Source of the DNA: Sumerlaeia bacterium
GTDB lineage: Bacteria; Sumerlaeota; Sumerlaeia; SLMS01; JAHLLQ01
Assembly: GCA_040219255.1 (NCBI GenBank)
Contig: JAVJSW010000004.1
Location: 32,001 to 96,000, forward strand
Length of the DNA: 64,000 nt
Direction: 5' to 3'
The notes under the pieces were generated by a model. That model saw only the letters and a program-made list of their open reading frames with translations. It made no database searches and was not told the DNA's origin. Position numbers and translations under genes: made by a program. The first letter of the stretch is position 1. Each line of letters opens with the position of its first letter. Shown piece after piece: positions 38,450 through 48,577 of this stretch.

Positions 38450-39724
38450 ATGAACCGTACCATGACCGTCATTCTCGGGGGCGGGGCTGGCAGCCGCCTC
38501 TTCCCCCTGACGAAATTCCGCGCCAAACCGGCGGTGCCGCTGGCGGGGAAGTATCGCCTGATTGACGTTGCCATCAGCAACTGCATCAACAGCGGTTTGC
38601 ATCACATCTTCGTCCTGACGCAATACTTGTCCGCATCGCTAAACCGTCATATCGCGCAGACGTACGGATTCGATATTTTTCGCAATGGCTTTGTGGAAGT
38701 CCTCGCCGCCGAGCAAACCAACGAAGGAGGCAAGTGGTTCCAGGGCACCGCCGACGCCATCCGTCAGCATTACAACACCATGGAGCAGTTCGACAAGGAC
38801 CTGGTGCTGGTGCTGCCGGGCGATGCGCTCTACGCGATGGATTACCGGCCCCTGATCGAGCAGCACCGCCGGTCCGGCTCGGAAATCACCATCGCCGTCA
38901 ACACCGTGCCGCGCAACGTAGCGCATCACTTCGGGCTCTTGGCACTCGACAAGGACGGCACCATCAAGGAGTTCCGCGAGAAGCCCAAGACGCGCGAAGC
39001 CCAGGCGGGCATCGAAGCGCCCCAGGAAATCCTCCAGGCCTTCGGCATCCAGGCTCCGGCCGGCGACACCTTCCTGGCCAGTATGGGCGTCTATCTGTTC
39101 AACCGGTCGGTGCTGGAGAAATACCTCAACGAGACCGAGTTCGACGACTTCGGCAAGCAGATCATCCCCGCCGCGATCTCCGAGCACAAAACCAAGGGCT
39201 TCGTTTTCCCCGGCTATTGGGAAGACATCGGCACCATCCGCGCCTTCTACGACGCGCACATGATGCTGCTGGAGGACACGCCGCGCTTCAACTTCGTCAC
39301 GCCGACGAACCCGGTGTTCACCCGGCCTCGCAACCTGCCGATGATCCACGCCACGTCTTGCTCGATCGAGCGCGCCCTCATCGCGCCGGGCAGCCGGCTG
39401 GAGGGTGGCGTCGTGAAGAATTCCGTCATCGGCCTGCGCGCCACCATCTTCAAGGGCGCCAAGGTTCATGACAGTGTGCTGATGGGCGCGGATTATTACG
39501 AGAATGAAATGCCGGCCCATCTGCACGGAGAAATCCCCATCGGCATCGGCGAAGGCAGCCTGGTCAAGGGCGCCATCGTCGATAAGAACGCCCGCATCGG
39601 CAAGAACGTGGTCATCGCCAACGAGAAGGGCGTGATGGAAGAAATGAACGACACCTACTGCATCCGCGACGGGATCGTGATTATCCCGAAGAACGCGGTG
39701 ATTCCCGATGGAACGGTGATCTGA
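38450..39724 (+). CDS. glgC: Glucose-1-phosphate adenylyltransferase
   Basis: [40 protein letters not shown] and [10 protein letters not shown]. Confidence 0.97.
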   Translation: MNRTMTVILGGGAGSRLFPLTKFRAKPAVPLAGKYRLIDVAISNCINSGLHHIFVLTQYLSASLNRHIAQTYGFDIFRNGFVEVLAAEQTNEGGKWFQGTADAIRQHYNTMEQFDKDLVLVLPGDALYAMDYRPLIEQHRRSGSEITIAVNTVPRNVAHHFGLLALDKDGTIKEFREKPKTREAQAGIEAPQEILQAFGIQAPAGDTFLASMGVYLFNRSVLEKYLNETEFDDFGKQIIPAAISEHKTKGFVFPGYWEDIGTIRAFYDAHMMLLEDTPRFNFVTPTNPVFTRPRNLPMIHATSCSIERALIAPGSRLEGGVVKNSVIGLRATIFKGAKVHDSVLMGADYYENEMPAHLHGEIPIGIGEGSLVKGAIVDKNARIGKNVVIANEKGVMEEMNDTYCIRDGIVIIPKNAVIPDGTVI

Positions 39725-39759
39725 GCGGAGGTTCGGTCTGGCGTCGGCCGGGGTTTGGG

Positions 39760-40167
39760 TCAGGCCTTTGCCTTCAACAAATCACGGATTTCCGTCAGCA
39801 GCTTTTCTTCCACCGAGGGTTCGGCGGCTTTCGCCTCCTCCACCACTTCTTCCTTCCGCTTCATGGAATTCATGACCTTGACGACGACGAAGATGGCGGC
39901 GGCCACGATCAGGAAATCGAGAACCGTTTGAAAGAATTGGCCGTAGTTGATGGTGACGGCTTCCACTTCTTCGGTGGCAGCCTTGAGCACGATGGCCAGT
40001 TCCTTGAAATCGGCTCCGCCAATCGCGAGGCCCAGTGGCGGCATGATGATATCGGCCACCAGGGACGACACGATTTTGCCGAACGCGGCGCCGATGACTA
40101 GACCGACGGCCAGATCGACGACGTTTCCGCGCATGGCGAATTCTTTGAATTCTTTGACAATCTTCAT
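39760..40167 (-). CDS. mscL: Large-conductance mechanosensitive channel
   Basis: [17 protein letters not shown] and [10 protein letters not shown]. Confidence 0.98.
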   Translation of the reverse strand: MKIVKEFKEFAMRGNVVDLAVGLVIGAAFGKIVSSLVADIIMPPLGLAIGGADFKELAIVLKAATEEVEAVTINYGQFFQTVLDFLIVAAAIFVVVKVMNSMKRKEEVVEEAKAAEPSVEEKLLTEIRDLLKAKA

Positions 40168-40276
40168 GGAGTTGCTCCTCCGAAACATGGCCATGAATAG
40201 ATGAAAAGGCCCCGGCGAAGTCACCAGGGCCCGTGTCATATCCGCTCTCTGACTGTGTCTTCAGGCTCCAACCGCC

Positions 40277-41746
40277 CTAGAACCGCGTTTCCGTCTCCGT
40301 CAGATCGATGGCGCGGCTCAGCGGCGTGAACATCGACTGCACCGAGGGCATGAGCACCGCTTCTTCGCTCTCGAAGGGGCTGGCCGGTGGCCCGGCGACG
40401 ACGGCGGGGTCGACGGGGGTTTCTTCGACGCGGCGGATGTTGGCGCCGAGAGCGGCGAGTTTGCGCTCGAAGGCTTCGTAGCCGCGCTCGACGTGATAGA
40501 TGCGGCGGATTTGGCTCTCGCCATTGGCGGCGAGAGCCGCGCAGACCAGCGCCGCGCCGGCGCGCAGGTCGCTCGCCATGACGGCGGCACCTTCGTAGCG
40601 CGGTACGCCGTCGATGTGGACACCGTTGCCGCCGCGGGCCATGCGGGCGCCAAGGCGATTGAATTCTTCTACGTGCATAAAGCGATCCGGGTAGATGGTT
40701 TCCACCACCTGGCTGTTGCCCGGCGTGACGCCCAGGAGCGCCACCAGCATCGGCTGGGCGTCGGTGGGAAAGCCGGGGTAGGGCTCGGTGACGAGGCGCA
40801 TCGGCATGCGCGTGCTGTCGTCCGGGCGGTAAATGCGGAAGCTGTCGGTGCCGATGTGCTCGACTTCGGCACCCCAGCGGCGCAGTGCCCAAAGCGTGGC
40901 GGTCATGTGCGCGGGCTCGACGTTCTGCAAAACGATGTCGCCGCCGGTGATCAGGCCGGCGATGGCGAAGGTCGCGGCTTCGATGCGGTCGGGGATGACG
41001 CGCCAGGTAATGCCGCGCAGGCGCTCGACGCCGTCGACCAGCAGGGTGGAGGACCCGATGCCGTCGATGCTGGCGCCCATGGCGTTGAGGAAATGGCAAA
41101 GCTCCTGCACTTCGGGCTCGCGGGCGGCGTCGCGGATGACCGTTTTGCCCTTAGCCAGAGCGGCGGCCATGACCACGTTGCAGGTGGCGCCGACGCTGGG
41201 GCCGGTTTCCCCGGCGAGGCTGAAGTCAGCGCCGGTGAGCCCGTTGTGGCGGGCGTGGACGTAGCCCTTGCGCTCGACCATCTCGACGCCCAGAGCGCGG
41301 AAGCCACGCAGGTGCAGATCGATGGGGCGGGCGCCGATGTTACAGCCGCCGGGCTTGCTGACCGCCGCCTTGCCCAGGCGGGAAATCATGGGGCCGAAGG
41401 CGTACATGGACGCGCGCATCTTGCGCATCATCTCGTAAGGCACCCAGTCCGTGTCGAACCCGGTGGAATCGATCATGAGGCGGTTGTTCTTGAAGATAAC
41501 ACGCGCGCCGAGGTGCTCGAGGAGCGAAATCATCGACCGAATGTCGCGCAGGTCGGGCACGTTTTCCAGCACCGTGGTGCCGTTGGCCAGCATGGCCGCG
41601 CACATCAGAGGAAGGCAGGCGTTCTTCGATCCGCTGATGCGAACCGTGCCGCGCAGCGGCCGGCCGCCTTCAACGACGTACATTTGCAGGTTGGTCTTGG
41701 CGCCCTGGGGGCGAGGAGAGACGGACTCGGACTTCAGCGGCAGCAT
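40277..41746 (-). CDS. murA: UDP-N-acetylglucosamine 1-carboxyvinyltransferase
   Basis: SGSKNA, PGGCNIGARPIDLH, SVGAT, PGFPTDAQ, DLRAGA and RGYE. Confidence 0.97.
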   Translation of the reverse strand: MLPLKSESVSPRPQGAKTNLQMYVVEGGRPLRGTVRISGSKNACLPLMCAAMLANGTTVLENVPDLRDIRSMISLLEHLGARVIFKNNRLMIDSTGFDTDWVPYEMMRKMRASMYAFGPMISRLGKAAVSKPGGCNIGARPIDLHLRGFRALGVEMVERKGYVHARHNGLTGADFSLAGETGPSVGATCNVVMAAALAKGKTVIRDAAREPEVQELCHFLNAMGASIDGIGSSTLLVDGVERLRGITWRVIPDRIEAATFAIAGLITGGDIVLQNVEPAHMTATLWALRRWGAEVEHIGTDSFRIYRPDDSTRMPMRLVTEPYPGFPTDAQPMLVALLGVTPGNSQVVETIYPDRFMHVEEFNRLGARMARGGNGVHIDGVPRYEGAAVMASDLRAGAALVCAALAANGESQIRRIYHVERGYEAFERKLAALGANIRRVEETPVDPAVVAGPPASPFESEEAVLMPSVQSMFTPLSRAIDLTETETRF

Positions 41747-42083
41747 GGAACGGGTACCTCGGGAAGGGAATGGGGGGCGGTGGGGCCGCTTTCCCCACCG
41801 CGAATCGCCCGATTCATGAAACGCTTCATGAAAACCCACCGAGCTGCTGGACAGAGAAAACCCTGGCGGGAGGGGGCAATTTGAGGGAGCCCATCGCGTC
41901 AGGCATAAGACTGTCAAGTTTTAGAATCGGAGCCCGCGGGAAAGAATATGGATCGGGAACTTCCGCTTTGACGCCCGGCAAAATCTGGACAAAAGCTGAG
42001 TTTGACTAGACTTGTTGAGCGCCCTACTTTCCTATGGTTCGCCTTTCGCGAGGTAATCCACGATTGGGCCGAGGAGCAATAGG

Positions 42084-43472
42084 ATGGATTCGGCGCGATT
42101 GACTCAAAAGATCGGGGACAGGAAATTGATGGACCATCGTGGCCAAGACCCTCTCGCTTCGTTATTACAACTGATGTCGAGCGCCGAGTACGCTGCGGCG
42201 AAGGCGGAACTTGCCGCCCTCGATCGAACCCATCTGTCCCTCGAAGACTGCGGGCGCCTGCTGGCGCTGGAGGCCAAGTGCCGCGAGCGTCTCGGCGGCA
42301 AAGGGGACTTGCAGCGCTTTCTCCAGGGCCTGACGACGTTCTACGGAAAGTCGCCCCGCCTCATGCACGGAGCGGGCCGCATGCTGTGCGACCTGGGCGA
42401 ATACCTTCAGGCCGAAATCGTTCTGCGGCGGGTTATCTCTATCGATCCGGAGTCGGCATCGCCCTACTTCAACTTGGCGCTCACGCTGGAACGGTCGGAG
42501 CGATTCGAAGACGCCATCGAGGCCTATGTGAGTTCGGCCCGCCGCGAGAAGGCGGTGATGCACTCCTGGTGCGGCGCGGCGCGATGCCAACTCGAACTGG
42601 GCCAATTGGAGGACGCGGCCGATTCCTATCGCCGTTGTCTGGAATCGGACCCGGGCCAGACCTCGATCTGGGTTTCCTACGCGGAAGTGCTCGCGGACCT
42701 GGGCAAGGTGGATGAAGCGACCATGGCCTATCGGCAGGCGGAGGGCCTGGACGTGATGGAGCATGGCGTGCCGTCTGCCAACCTGCTGTACAGCCGGGCC
42801 TGTACCTCGCTCGGGTTCCGTGCGGAGGGTGAGTTTGAGGAATGCCGGCGGATGCTGGTGGAACGGCATCCCGGCGACTGGCGCAGCGCCATGGTGGAAG
42901 CCCTCCAGTGCCAGGAGGAGAAGCAGCCGGTAGTTGGCTGGCATCATTGTCAGGAAGCATGCCGCCGCGCGGTGGCCAGCGGCAACGCGGCGGACGCGGA
43001 GAAGGCCATCCTGGCTAGCCTGCGTTACGCTCAGCGCCAGAACCTGCGCGACAGCATGACTGAATTCACGCAGTGGCTTTGCGAAGCCGAGTTGTTCAGC
43101 ACCAACATCCTCGACGCCATGCGCTCGGTCTTCGGCACCTACAAGGACAACGCCATCGATTACTTCGTCCTGGTGAACGGCTCTTCTCAGCAGTGCTCTC
43201 CCCCGCCGGGGGAGACGCCGCCCCCGCAGGTGCGTGGCAACTACCGCTACCTGCGCGGCTACCGTGTTTACGAAGAATCGGCCCAACTCGCCACGGAGGA
43301 GGCGATCCGATTCGAGGGGCTTTGCGGCGGACAGAACCTGCGATTCGACAACGTGGCGGCTCTCGCCGATCCTCAGCCCGAATACACCGGGGTCTGGTGG
43401 CGCGCCGAGGACCCGGTGTGGTACGCGGTGCAATCGACGGACACGGAGCCGGACATCACCTCTGGGAATTAA
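42084..43472 (+). CDS. TPR repeat protein with unknown C-terminal domain
   Basis: Four to five TPR-like units (LGEY..A, YFNLA..L, LGQLEDA..Y, LGKVDEA..Y). Start may be 42129. Confidence 0.8.
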   Translation: MDSARLTQKIGDRKLMDHRGQDPLASLLQLMSSAEYAAAKAELAALDRTHLSLEDCGRLLALEAKCRERLGGKGDLQRFLQGLTTFYGKSPRLMHGAGRMLCDLGEYLQAEIVLRRVISIDPESASPYFNLALTLERSERFEDAIEAYVSSARREKAVMHSWCGAARCQLELGQLEDAADSYRRCLESDPGQTSIWVSYAEVLADLGKVDEATMAYRQAEGLDVMEHGVPSANLLYSRACTSLGFRAEGEFEECRRMLVERHPGDWRSAMVEALQCQEEKQPVVGWHHCQEACRRAVASGNAADAEKAILASLRYAQRQNLRDSMTEFTQWLCEAELFSTNILDAMRSVFGTYKDNAIDYFVLVNGSSQQCSPPPGETPPPQVRGNYRYLRGYRVYEESAQLATEEAIRFEGLCGGQNLRFDNVAALADPQPEYTGVWWRAEDPVWYAVQSTDTEPDITSGN

Positions 43473-44278
43473 GGCGCGGAACGCTTCTCCATCCCTCGCC
43501 AGAAGCGATGGCTGTGGAGCGGCGTTTCCAGGTGCATCGCCGCAAGCCGAGCCAGCGCGTCGATCAGTTGCGCGCCGTGGGCCGCGCCCAGGCTGGCCAG
43601 CTCCGACCGCACCATGCCCCTGTGCGAGTCGTAAAGGAAACGGACCGCCTCAGGAGGCAGCGGCATCTGGCGCGCTTTCTCCGGCGGAAAGTGAGGCCAG
43701 TCGATGGGGCCGGCGGGCTGGCGGCCTTCCAGGTGAACGCGGCCTTCGCTCAGGTCCATCCAGAACGCGCGGGGTTTTTCCGCACCGCCGACGGGCCTGA
43801 GCAGCGCTTCGTCGAGGAAGGGTTCGTAACCGGCCCAAGCCAGCGTCTTCAAGAGCCCCAGGGCTGCAGCGGTCTGCACATCCTCGCCGGAGCAGGTTTC
43901 CAGCGCGGCCAGGGTTTCCTCCGCCACGGCCATGAGTTCGGGGCTTTCCTGACCGATTTCACAGGACGCGGAAGCCGTTTCGGCCACGAGGGCGCCAAGC
44001 GCCAGCCGCTTCAAGTCGCGCCGCAGCGAAGCCCGTTCCTCCAGAAACACCGCTTCCTTCAACAGCACCGTCTCGGCGGATTCGTCGCGCAGGAAGCCGG
44101 AGACCTCGACCGTCGCGAGAGGCTGCAAGATCCCGGCGTGGCGGCTTTTGGGCCGCTTCAGGCCCTTGGCCACCAGTGTGATTCGGCCGTATTCGGCGGT
44201 CAGCAGCTTGACCATCTCGGAGGATTCGCTGAAGGCGTGGGAGCCGAGCACGAGCGCGCGGAATACGACGGGCGGCAT
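43469..44278 (-). CDS. recO: DNA repair protein RecO
   Basis: N-terminal ALVL....FSES..VKLLT.EYGRI..VAKGLKRPKSR..G.LQP OB fold. Confidence 0.88.
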   Translation of the reverse strand: MPPVVFRALVLGSHAFSESSEMVKLLTAEYGRITLVAKGLKRPKSRHAGILQPLATVEVSGFLRDESAETVLLKEAVFLEERASLRRDLKRLALGALVAETASASCEIGQESPELMAVAEETLAALETCSGEDVQTAAALGLLKTLAWAGYEPFLDEALLRPVGGAEKPRAFWMDLSEGRVHLEGRQPAGPIDWPHFPPEKARQMPLPPEAVRFLYDSHRGMVRSELASLGAAHGAQLIDALARLAAMHLETPLHSHRFWRGMEKRSAP

Positions 44279-44283
44279 GGGAT

Positions 44284-44739
44284 CTACCGCGCGTCGAGAA
44301 GCGCAACGAAATCGCCCCGGAATCGGCCGGCGAGGGCACCGCCGCTTTGAACGGCGGCTTCCACGGCGAGGCGGGCTTTGCGGCGCCGTTCGAGGACTCG
44401 CAGAAAACGGCCCCAGGCTTCTTCGCCGGGATGGGCGCACTCGGCCGAGAAGTCCCTCAGCGCGGGCAGGTCGAAGTCCATTTCGTTGCGCTGGATCACG
44501 ATGCGGGCTTGCGCGTGGCCGGCGCACTCCAGGTTCCACCGCACCCAGCTCCAGCACGCCAGTGTCGCCACGGCATTCAGGCTGCCGCCGAAGACACTCT
44601 GGCGATGGTTGATGTTGGGGGCGAGGGGCGCTTCGAGGAGCACGCGCTGGGCGCTGGCTTCGCGGACGCGGACCGCCATGGCGGCGCTCAGCGGAATGTG
44701 CTCGTGCAGGTAAGCCTGCATTTCGGCCGGGGTCATCAT
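44284..44739 (-). CDS. YiiD C-terminal-like thioesterase domain protein
   Basis: LHEHIPLS..M, APLAPNINH..FGGS...ATLACW. Confidence 0.88.
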   Translation of the reverse strand: MMTPAEMQAYLHEHIPLSAAMAVRVREASAQRVLLEAPLAPNINHRQSVFGGSLNAVATLACWSWVRWNLECAGHAQARIVIQRNEMDFDLPALRDFSAECAHPGEEAWGRFLRVLERRRKARLAVEAAVQSGGALAGRFRGDFVALLDAR

Positions 44740-45857
44740 GGGGCGGCGGAGGCTCCCCGGCGACGGCTGACGCGCTCCATGACGTAGATGCCCAGGAAGA
44801 CGAGGGCGACCACGGCGAGCTGAACCAGCCCGTAGGCCGTATCGAGGCGCCGCAGCGCCACCGCCGCGAGGCCCGTGCACAGCGCAGTGCCGTAGATAAA
44901 GAGAACCGCACCGGTCCGGGTCATGCCGAGATCCACCATGCGGTGGCTGAAATGATTCTTGTCGCCCTCCATCAGGGACCGGCCGGCGCGCCACCGAATC
45001 CACATCACCGACAGCGTGTCGAAGATCGGCACGCCCAGCACGATCACCGGCATCAAAATCGGCAGCCGCGTCGGCACACCCTCCTCGTAATAGGTCGCCA
45101 CCGTGGTCAGCGCGGCGAAGAGAAAGCCGAGGTGCGTGGAACCGCTGTCGCCCAGGAAGATGGAGGCCTTGGGGAAATTGAAGAACCAGAAGCCCATCGC
45201 CGCCCCCGCCAGGAGGACGAAGGCGAGAAGCATGAACCACTCTCCGGAGAGTGCCGAAAGCAGCGCCAGCACAAGGGCCATGATGACGGCGAGACCGCTC
45301 GTCAGGCCGTTCATGTTGTCCAGGAAATTGAGGCTGTTGGTCAAGAAAACGACCCACAGCGCCGTCAACGCCCATCCAACGGGATCGGGCAGAAAAAAGC
45401 GGATAACGACGCCGGAGGCAATGAGCGGAACGGTGGCGAGGGTCTGGACGGCGAGGCGCAGCTTCGCGGGGAGGTTCTTGGCGTCGTCCACCGCGCCCAA
45501 GACAAAGATAATCAAGGCTCCGCAAGCAATGCCGAGGAGCTTGCGGCCCGGCGAATCAGCGGAGAAATCGGCCACGTTTGCGGCGTAGAGGCGAATGCCC
45601 TCGGGCAGGAAGGCAAGCTGCGGCACCAACCAGACCGCGAGTGCCACGTTCAGTAGCAGACAGCCCCAAAACGCGGTGAAAATCGCGAGGCCGCCGCTGC
45701 GTGGGATGGGCTCGGTGTGAATTTTCCGCTCGAGCCCCGGCTGATCCACCATGCCGAGCGGCCGCGCAACCCGCTTGGCCAGCGGCGTCAGCAACGCCGA
45801 CACCAGGAGGGCTTGCAGGAAAGCCAGAATCGCAAGCAGAAGGAAGGGGGCCAACAT
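44736..45857 (-). CDS. MraY/WecA/TagO family undecaprenyl-phosphate GlcNAc-1-P transferase
   Basis: RKIH..P.PRSGG, GAVDD, NSLNFLDNMNGL, FLGDSGS and HFSHR. Confidence 0.93.
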   Translation of the reverse strand: MLAPFLLLAILAFLQALLVSALLTPLAKRVARPLGMVDQPGLERKIHTEPIPRSGGLAIFTAFWGCLLLNVALAVWLVPQLAFLPEGIRLYAANVADFSADSPGRKLLGIACGALIIFVLGAVDDAKNLPAKLRLAVQTLATVPLIASGVVIRFFLPDPVGWALTALWVVFLTNSLNFLDNMNGLTSGLAVIMALVLALLSALSGEWFMLLAFVLLAGAAMGFWFFNFPKASIFLGDSGSTHLGFLFAALTTVATYYEEGVPTRLPILMPVIVLGVPIFDTLSVMWIRWRAGRSLMEGDKNHFSHRMVDLGMTRTGAVLFIYGTALCTGLAAVALRRLDTAYGLVQLAVVALVFLGIYVMERVSRRRGASAAP

Positions 45858-46021
45858 GGGGGTTTGGGGGGGCTGCTCCTCGCGGGGATCAAAGCCCCCA
45901 AACACTGCCGCCCAGGCGCCGGACCGCAAGGGAAGCCTTGGAATTCGCCGCGAAGGCGGGGCTGCACGGAGGAGGCTCGGCGGGAGATGGACGATGCGGG
46001 CGAGCCGGCGGCCCTGTCAGC

Positions 46022-47329
46022 TCATGCCTGCGAGAAGACTTCCTCGAGCGACTCACAAGTCGCCGACTCCAGAAGCGCCCATTCCTCATCACCCAGCGCC
46101 GCTGAGAGGAACCAGGACTCGAACTGGGCCGGGGGCAGGTGGATGCCCCGGTCGAGCATGGCGTGGAAGAAGCGGCCAAAGGCCGCGGTGTCGCACTGCG
46201 CGGCGTCGTCATAATCGCGCACTGGTTCCCCGCGAAAGAAGAGCGTGATCATGGAGCCGATACTGCTCGTCACGACCGGGTAGCCGCGCTCGGCAATGAA
46301 GGCGTCGACCGCCGCGCGATAAGCCACCACGCGGTCGGCGAGCGCATCGTAGAGTCCGGGACGGGCTTCCAGATGCCGCAGCGTCGCCAGCCCCGCCGCC
46401 ATGCCGAGCGGATTTCCGGAGAGCGTACCGGCCTGATAAACAGGGCCGTCGGGTGCGATGTGGCGCATCAGGTCTTCGCGCCCGCCGTAGGCGCCCACCG
46501 GCAGGCCGCCGCCGATGATCTTGCCCAGCGTCGTCAGGTCGGGCATGACGGCGAAGTGGGTCTGGGCGCCGCCGAAGCCGAGACGGAAGCCGGTCATGAC
46601 TTCGTCGAAAATCAGCAGGGCCCCGTGAAAATCGCAGAGCTGGCGCAGGCCTTCCAGGAAGCCGTCTTCCGGCAGAACGCAGCCCATGTTGCCGGCCACG
46701 GGCTCGACGATGACACCGGCGATCTGACCGGGGTGGGCTTCGAAATGGGCGCGGACGCTGTCGAGATCGTTGTAGCGCGCGTTGAGCGTCGATTTCGCCG
46801 CGCCCTGGGGCACGCCGGGGCTGCTCGGCAGGCCGAGGGTCGCCATGCCGCTGCCGGCCTTGGACAAGAAGGCATCGCCATGGCCGTGGTAGCAGCCTTC
46901 GAACTTGATCAGGAGGTCACGGCCGGTGGCTCCGCGGGCCAGACGCAGGGCGCTCATCGTGGCTTCCGTGCCGGAATTGACCATCCGGAGCACGTCGATG
47001 GAAGGCACGGCCGAAACGACGAGTTCGGCGATTTCGACTTCGAGCCGGGTCGGCGCGCCATAGCTGGTGCCGCGGGCGAGTTGCTCGTGCAGTGCGGCGA
47101 CGACCTCTGGGTGGTTGTAGCCCAGAATCATCGGCCCCCAGGAGTTGTAGCAATCGAGATAGCGATTGTCGTCCTCGTCGTAGAGCCAGGGGCCATCGGC
47201 CCGCGCGATGAAGCGGGGGGTACCGCCAACGGCGCGAAAGGCTCGCACCGGCGAGTTGACTCCGCCGGGGATGAAGCGCCGGGCGCGGTCGAAAAGGGCA
47301 TCGCTCTCGGCGGTCCGGAGGTTGGTCAT
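46022..47329 (-). CDS. hemL: Glutamate-1-semialdehyde 2,1-aminomutase
   Basis: PGGVNSPVRAF, NSGTEA, GCYHGH, FDEVMTGFR, GKIIGGG and YQAGTLSGNP. Confidence 0.97.
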   Translation of the reverse strand: MTNLRTAESDALFDRARRFIPGGVNSPVRAFRAVGGTPRFIARADGPWLYDEDDNRYLDCYNSWGPMILGYNHPEVVAALHEQLARGTSYGAPTRLEVEIAELVVSAVPSIDVLRMVNSGTEATMSALRLARGATGRDLLIKFEGCYHGHGDAFLSKAGSGMATLGLPSSPGVPQGAAKSTLNARYNDLDSVRAHFEAHPGQIAGVIVEPVAGNMGCVLPEDGFLEGLRQLCDFHGALLIFDEVMTGFRLGFGGAQTHFAVMPDLTTLGKIIGGGLPVGAYGGREDLMRHIAPDGPVYQAGTLSGNPLGMAAGLATLRHLEARPGLYDALADRVVAYRAAVDAFIAERGYPVVTSSIGSMITLFFRGEPVRDYDDAAQCDTAAFGRFFHAMLDRGIHLPPAQFESWFLSAALGDEEWALLESATCESLEEVFSQA

Positions 47330-48393
47330 CAGGCGGCTCCTTCGCCGAGGTGCCTGGCGGCGGCGGGGCGTTCGCGTCGGGATTGCCAGGAGGCGACGCT
47401 CGCCGCGATCATGGCTTCGGCGCGGTGGCGGTCTTCGTTGCGCAGCGTGCGCGTGCGGGCGATGCGGCGCTGGAAGTCCGCCATGGAATAAAGGTGGACA
47501 CCGGGCAGCCGGGTCACGTCCGGCGCCACATTGGCGGGTACGGACAAATCGAGCAGTGCCAGAGGCGGGGCCTCGCCTCTGAGGCGCAACGCCTCCGCCG
47601 CGAGGGCGGAAGTCAGCACGGCGCGTGGAGCCCCGGTGGCGAACGCCGCCACATCGGCGCAGGCGAGAGCCTCGGCGAGGGCCTCCCAGGGAAGAACGCA
47701 GGACGGTCCGGCGAGGGTCGCGGCCAAGTCGCGGGCTCGCTGCTGGTGGCGATTGATCAGAAGAATGGTTTCCGCCCCCTGGCGAGAGAACGCGCGGGCG
47801 ATCTGTGCGCCGGTGTCTCCGGCGCCGACGACGAGGGCGGTCTTGCCGGAAAGGGTTCCAGCCAGCGCCTCGCCAGCCATGGCGCATGCGACGGAGACGA
47901 CCGAACCCTGGCCTCGGCCGATGGCGGTGCGATTGCGCACCCGCTTGGAAATGCACAGGGCGCTGCGGCAGAGACTCTCCAGTTCGGAGCCTAACGACTT
48001 CACGGCTTGGCTCCGCGTCATAGCGTGGCGAATTTGAGAGACGATTTCGCTCTCGCCCACCACCAGCGAGTCGAGCCCACAGGCCACCCGGAAAAGATGG
48101 GCGGCGGCGGCGCAATCGATGGCGGAGTAGGACGCATCGCGCCATTCGCGGGGGGCCAGTTCATTCATCTGGCGCACGGCGCCATCCACCGCGGCCCAAG
48201 CCCAATCCGCCGAATCCGCCGCGAGATAGACTTCCGTGCGGTTACAGGTCGCCAGGAGAAACGCCTCGCGAATGCCACGGCTCGCCCCCAGGCACCGGAG
48301 GAACGTTCCTTGGGCATCGGGCGCGACGGCCATCCGATTCAGGAGTTCGAAGGACGCGGTGTGGTGGCTGGCTCCGTGGAGAAAAAGAGGCAT
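47329..48393 (-). CDS. hemA: Glutamyl-tRNA reductase (short form)
   Basis: TCNRTEVY, HLFRVACGLDSLVVGE, GAGDTG and DLSVPAN; translationally coupled to hemL. Confidence 0.93.
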   Translation of the reverse strand: MPLFLHGASHHTASFELLNRMAVAPDAQGTFLRCLGASRGIREAFLLATCNRTEVYLAADSADWAWAAVDGAVRQMNELAPREWRDASYSAIDCAAAAHLFRVACGLDSLVVGESEIVSQIRHAMTRSQAVKSLGSELESLCRSALCISKRVRNRTAIGRGQGSVVSVACAMAGEALAGTLSGKTALVVGAGDTGAQIARAFSRQGAETILLINRHQQRARDLAATLAGPSCVLPWEALAEALACADVAAFATGAPRAVLTSALAAEALRLRGEAPPLALLDLSVPANVAPDVTRLPGVHLYSMADFQRRIARTRTLRNEDRHRAEAMIAASVASWQSRRERPAAARHLGEGAA

Positions 48394-48517
48394 CGGTCGG
48401 TGTTCAAGAGGATTGGCTCAGATTGGGGACGCGAACCCGGTGGCGCAACGTAGGATTCGGCCCCCCAGTCCGCGCAAGCAGAAATTCCCACCAACTCAGT
48501 AGGAATTTGATGCCCTC

Positions 48518-48548
48518 AAGAAAACGGCGCCCCCGATAGAGGGCGCCG
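48518..48548 (-). terminator. Intrinsic terminator ending the pilin/surface-protein cluster
   Basis: cggcgccc...gggcgccg stem preceded by aagaaaa. Confidence 0.6.
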
Positions 48549-48577
48549 CCTAGGGATTACCGCTTGATGCGCTGGGC

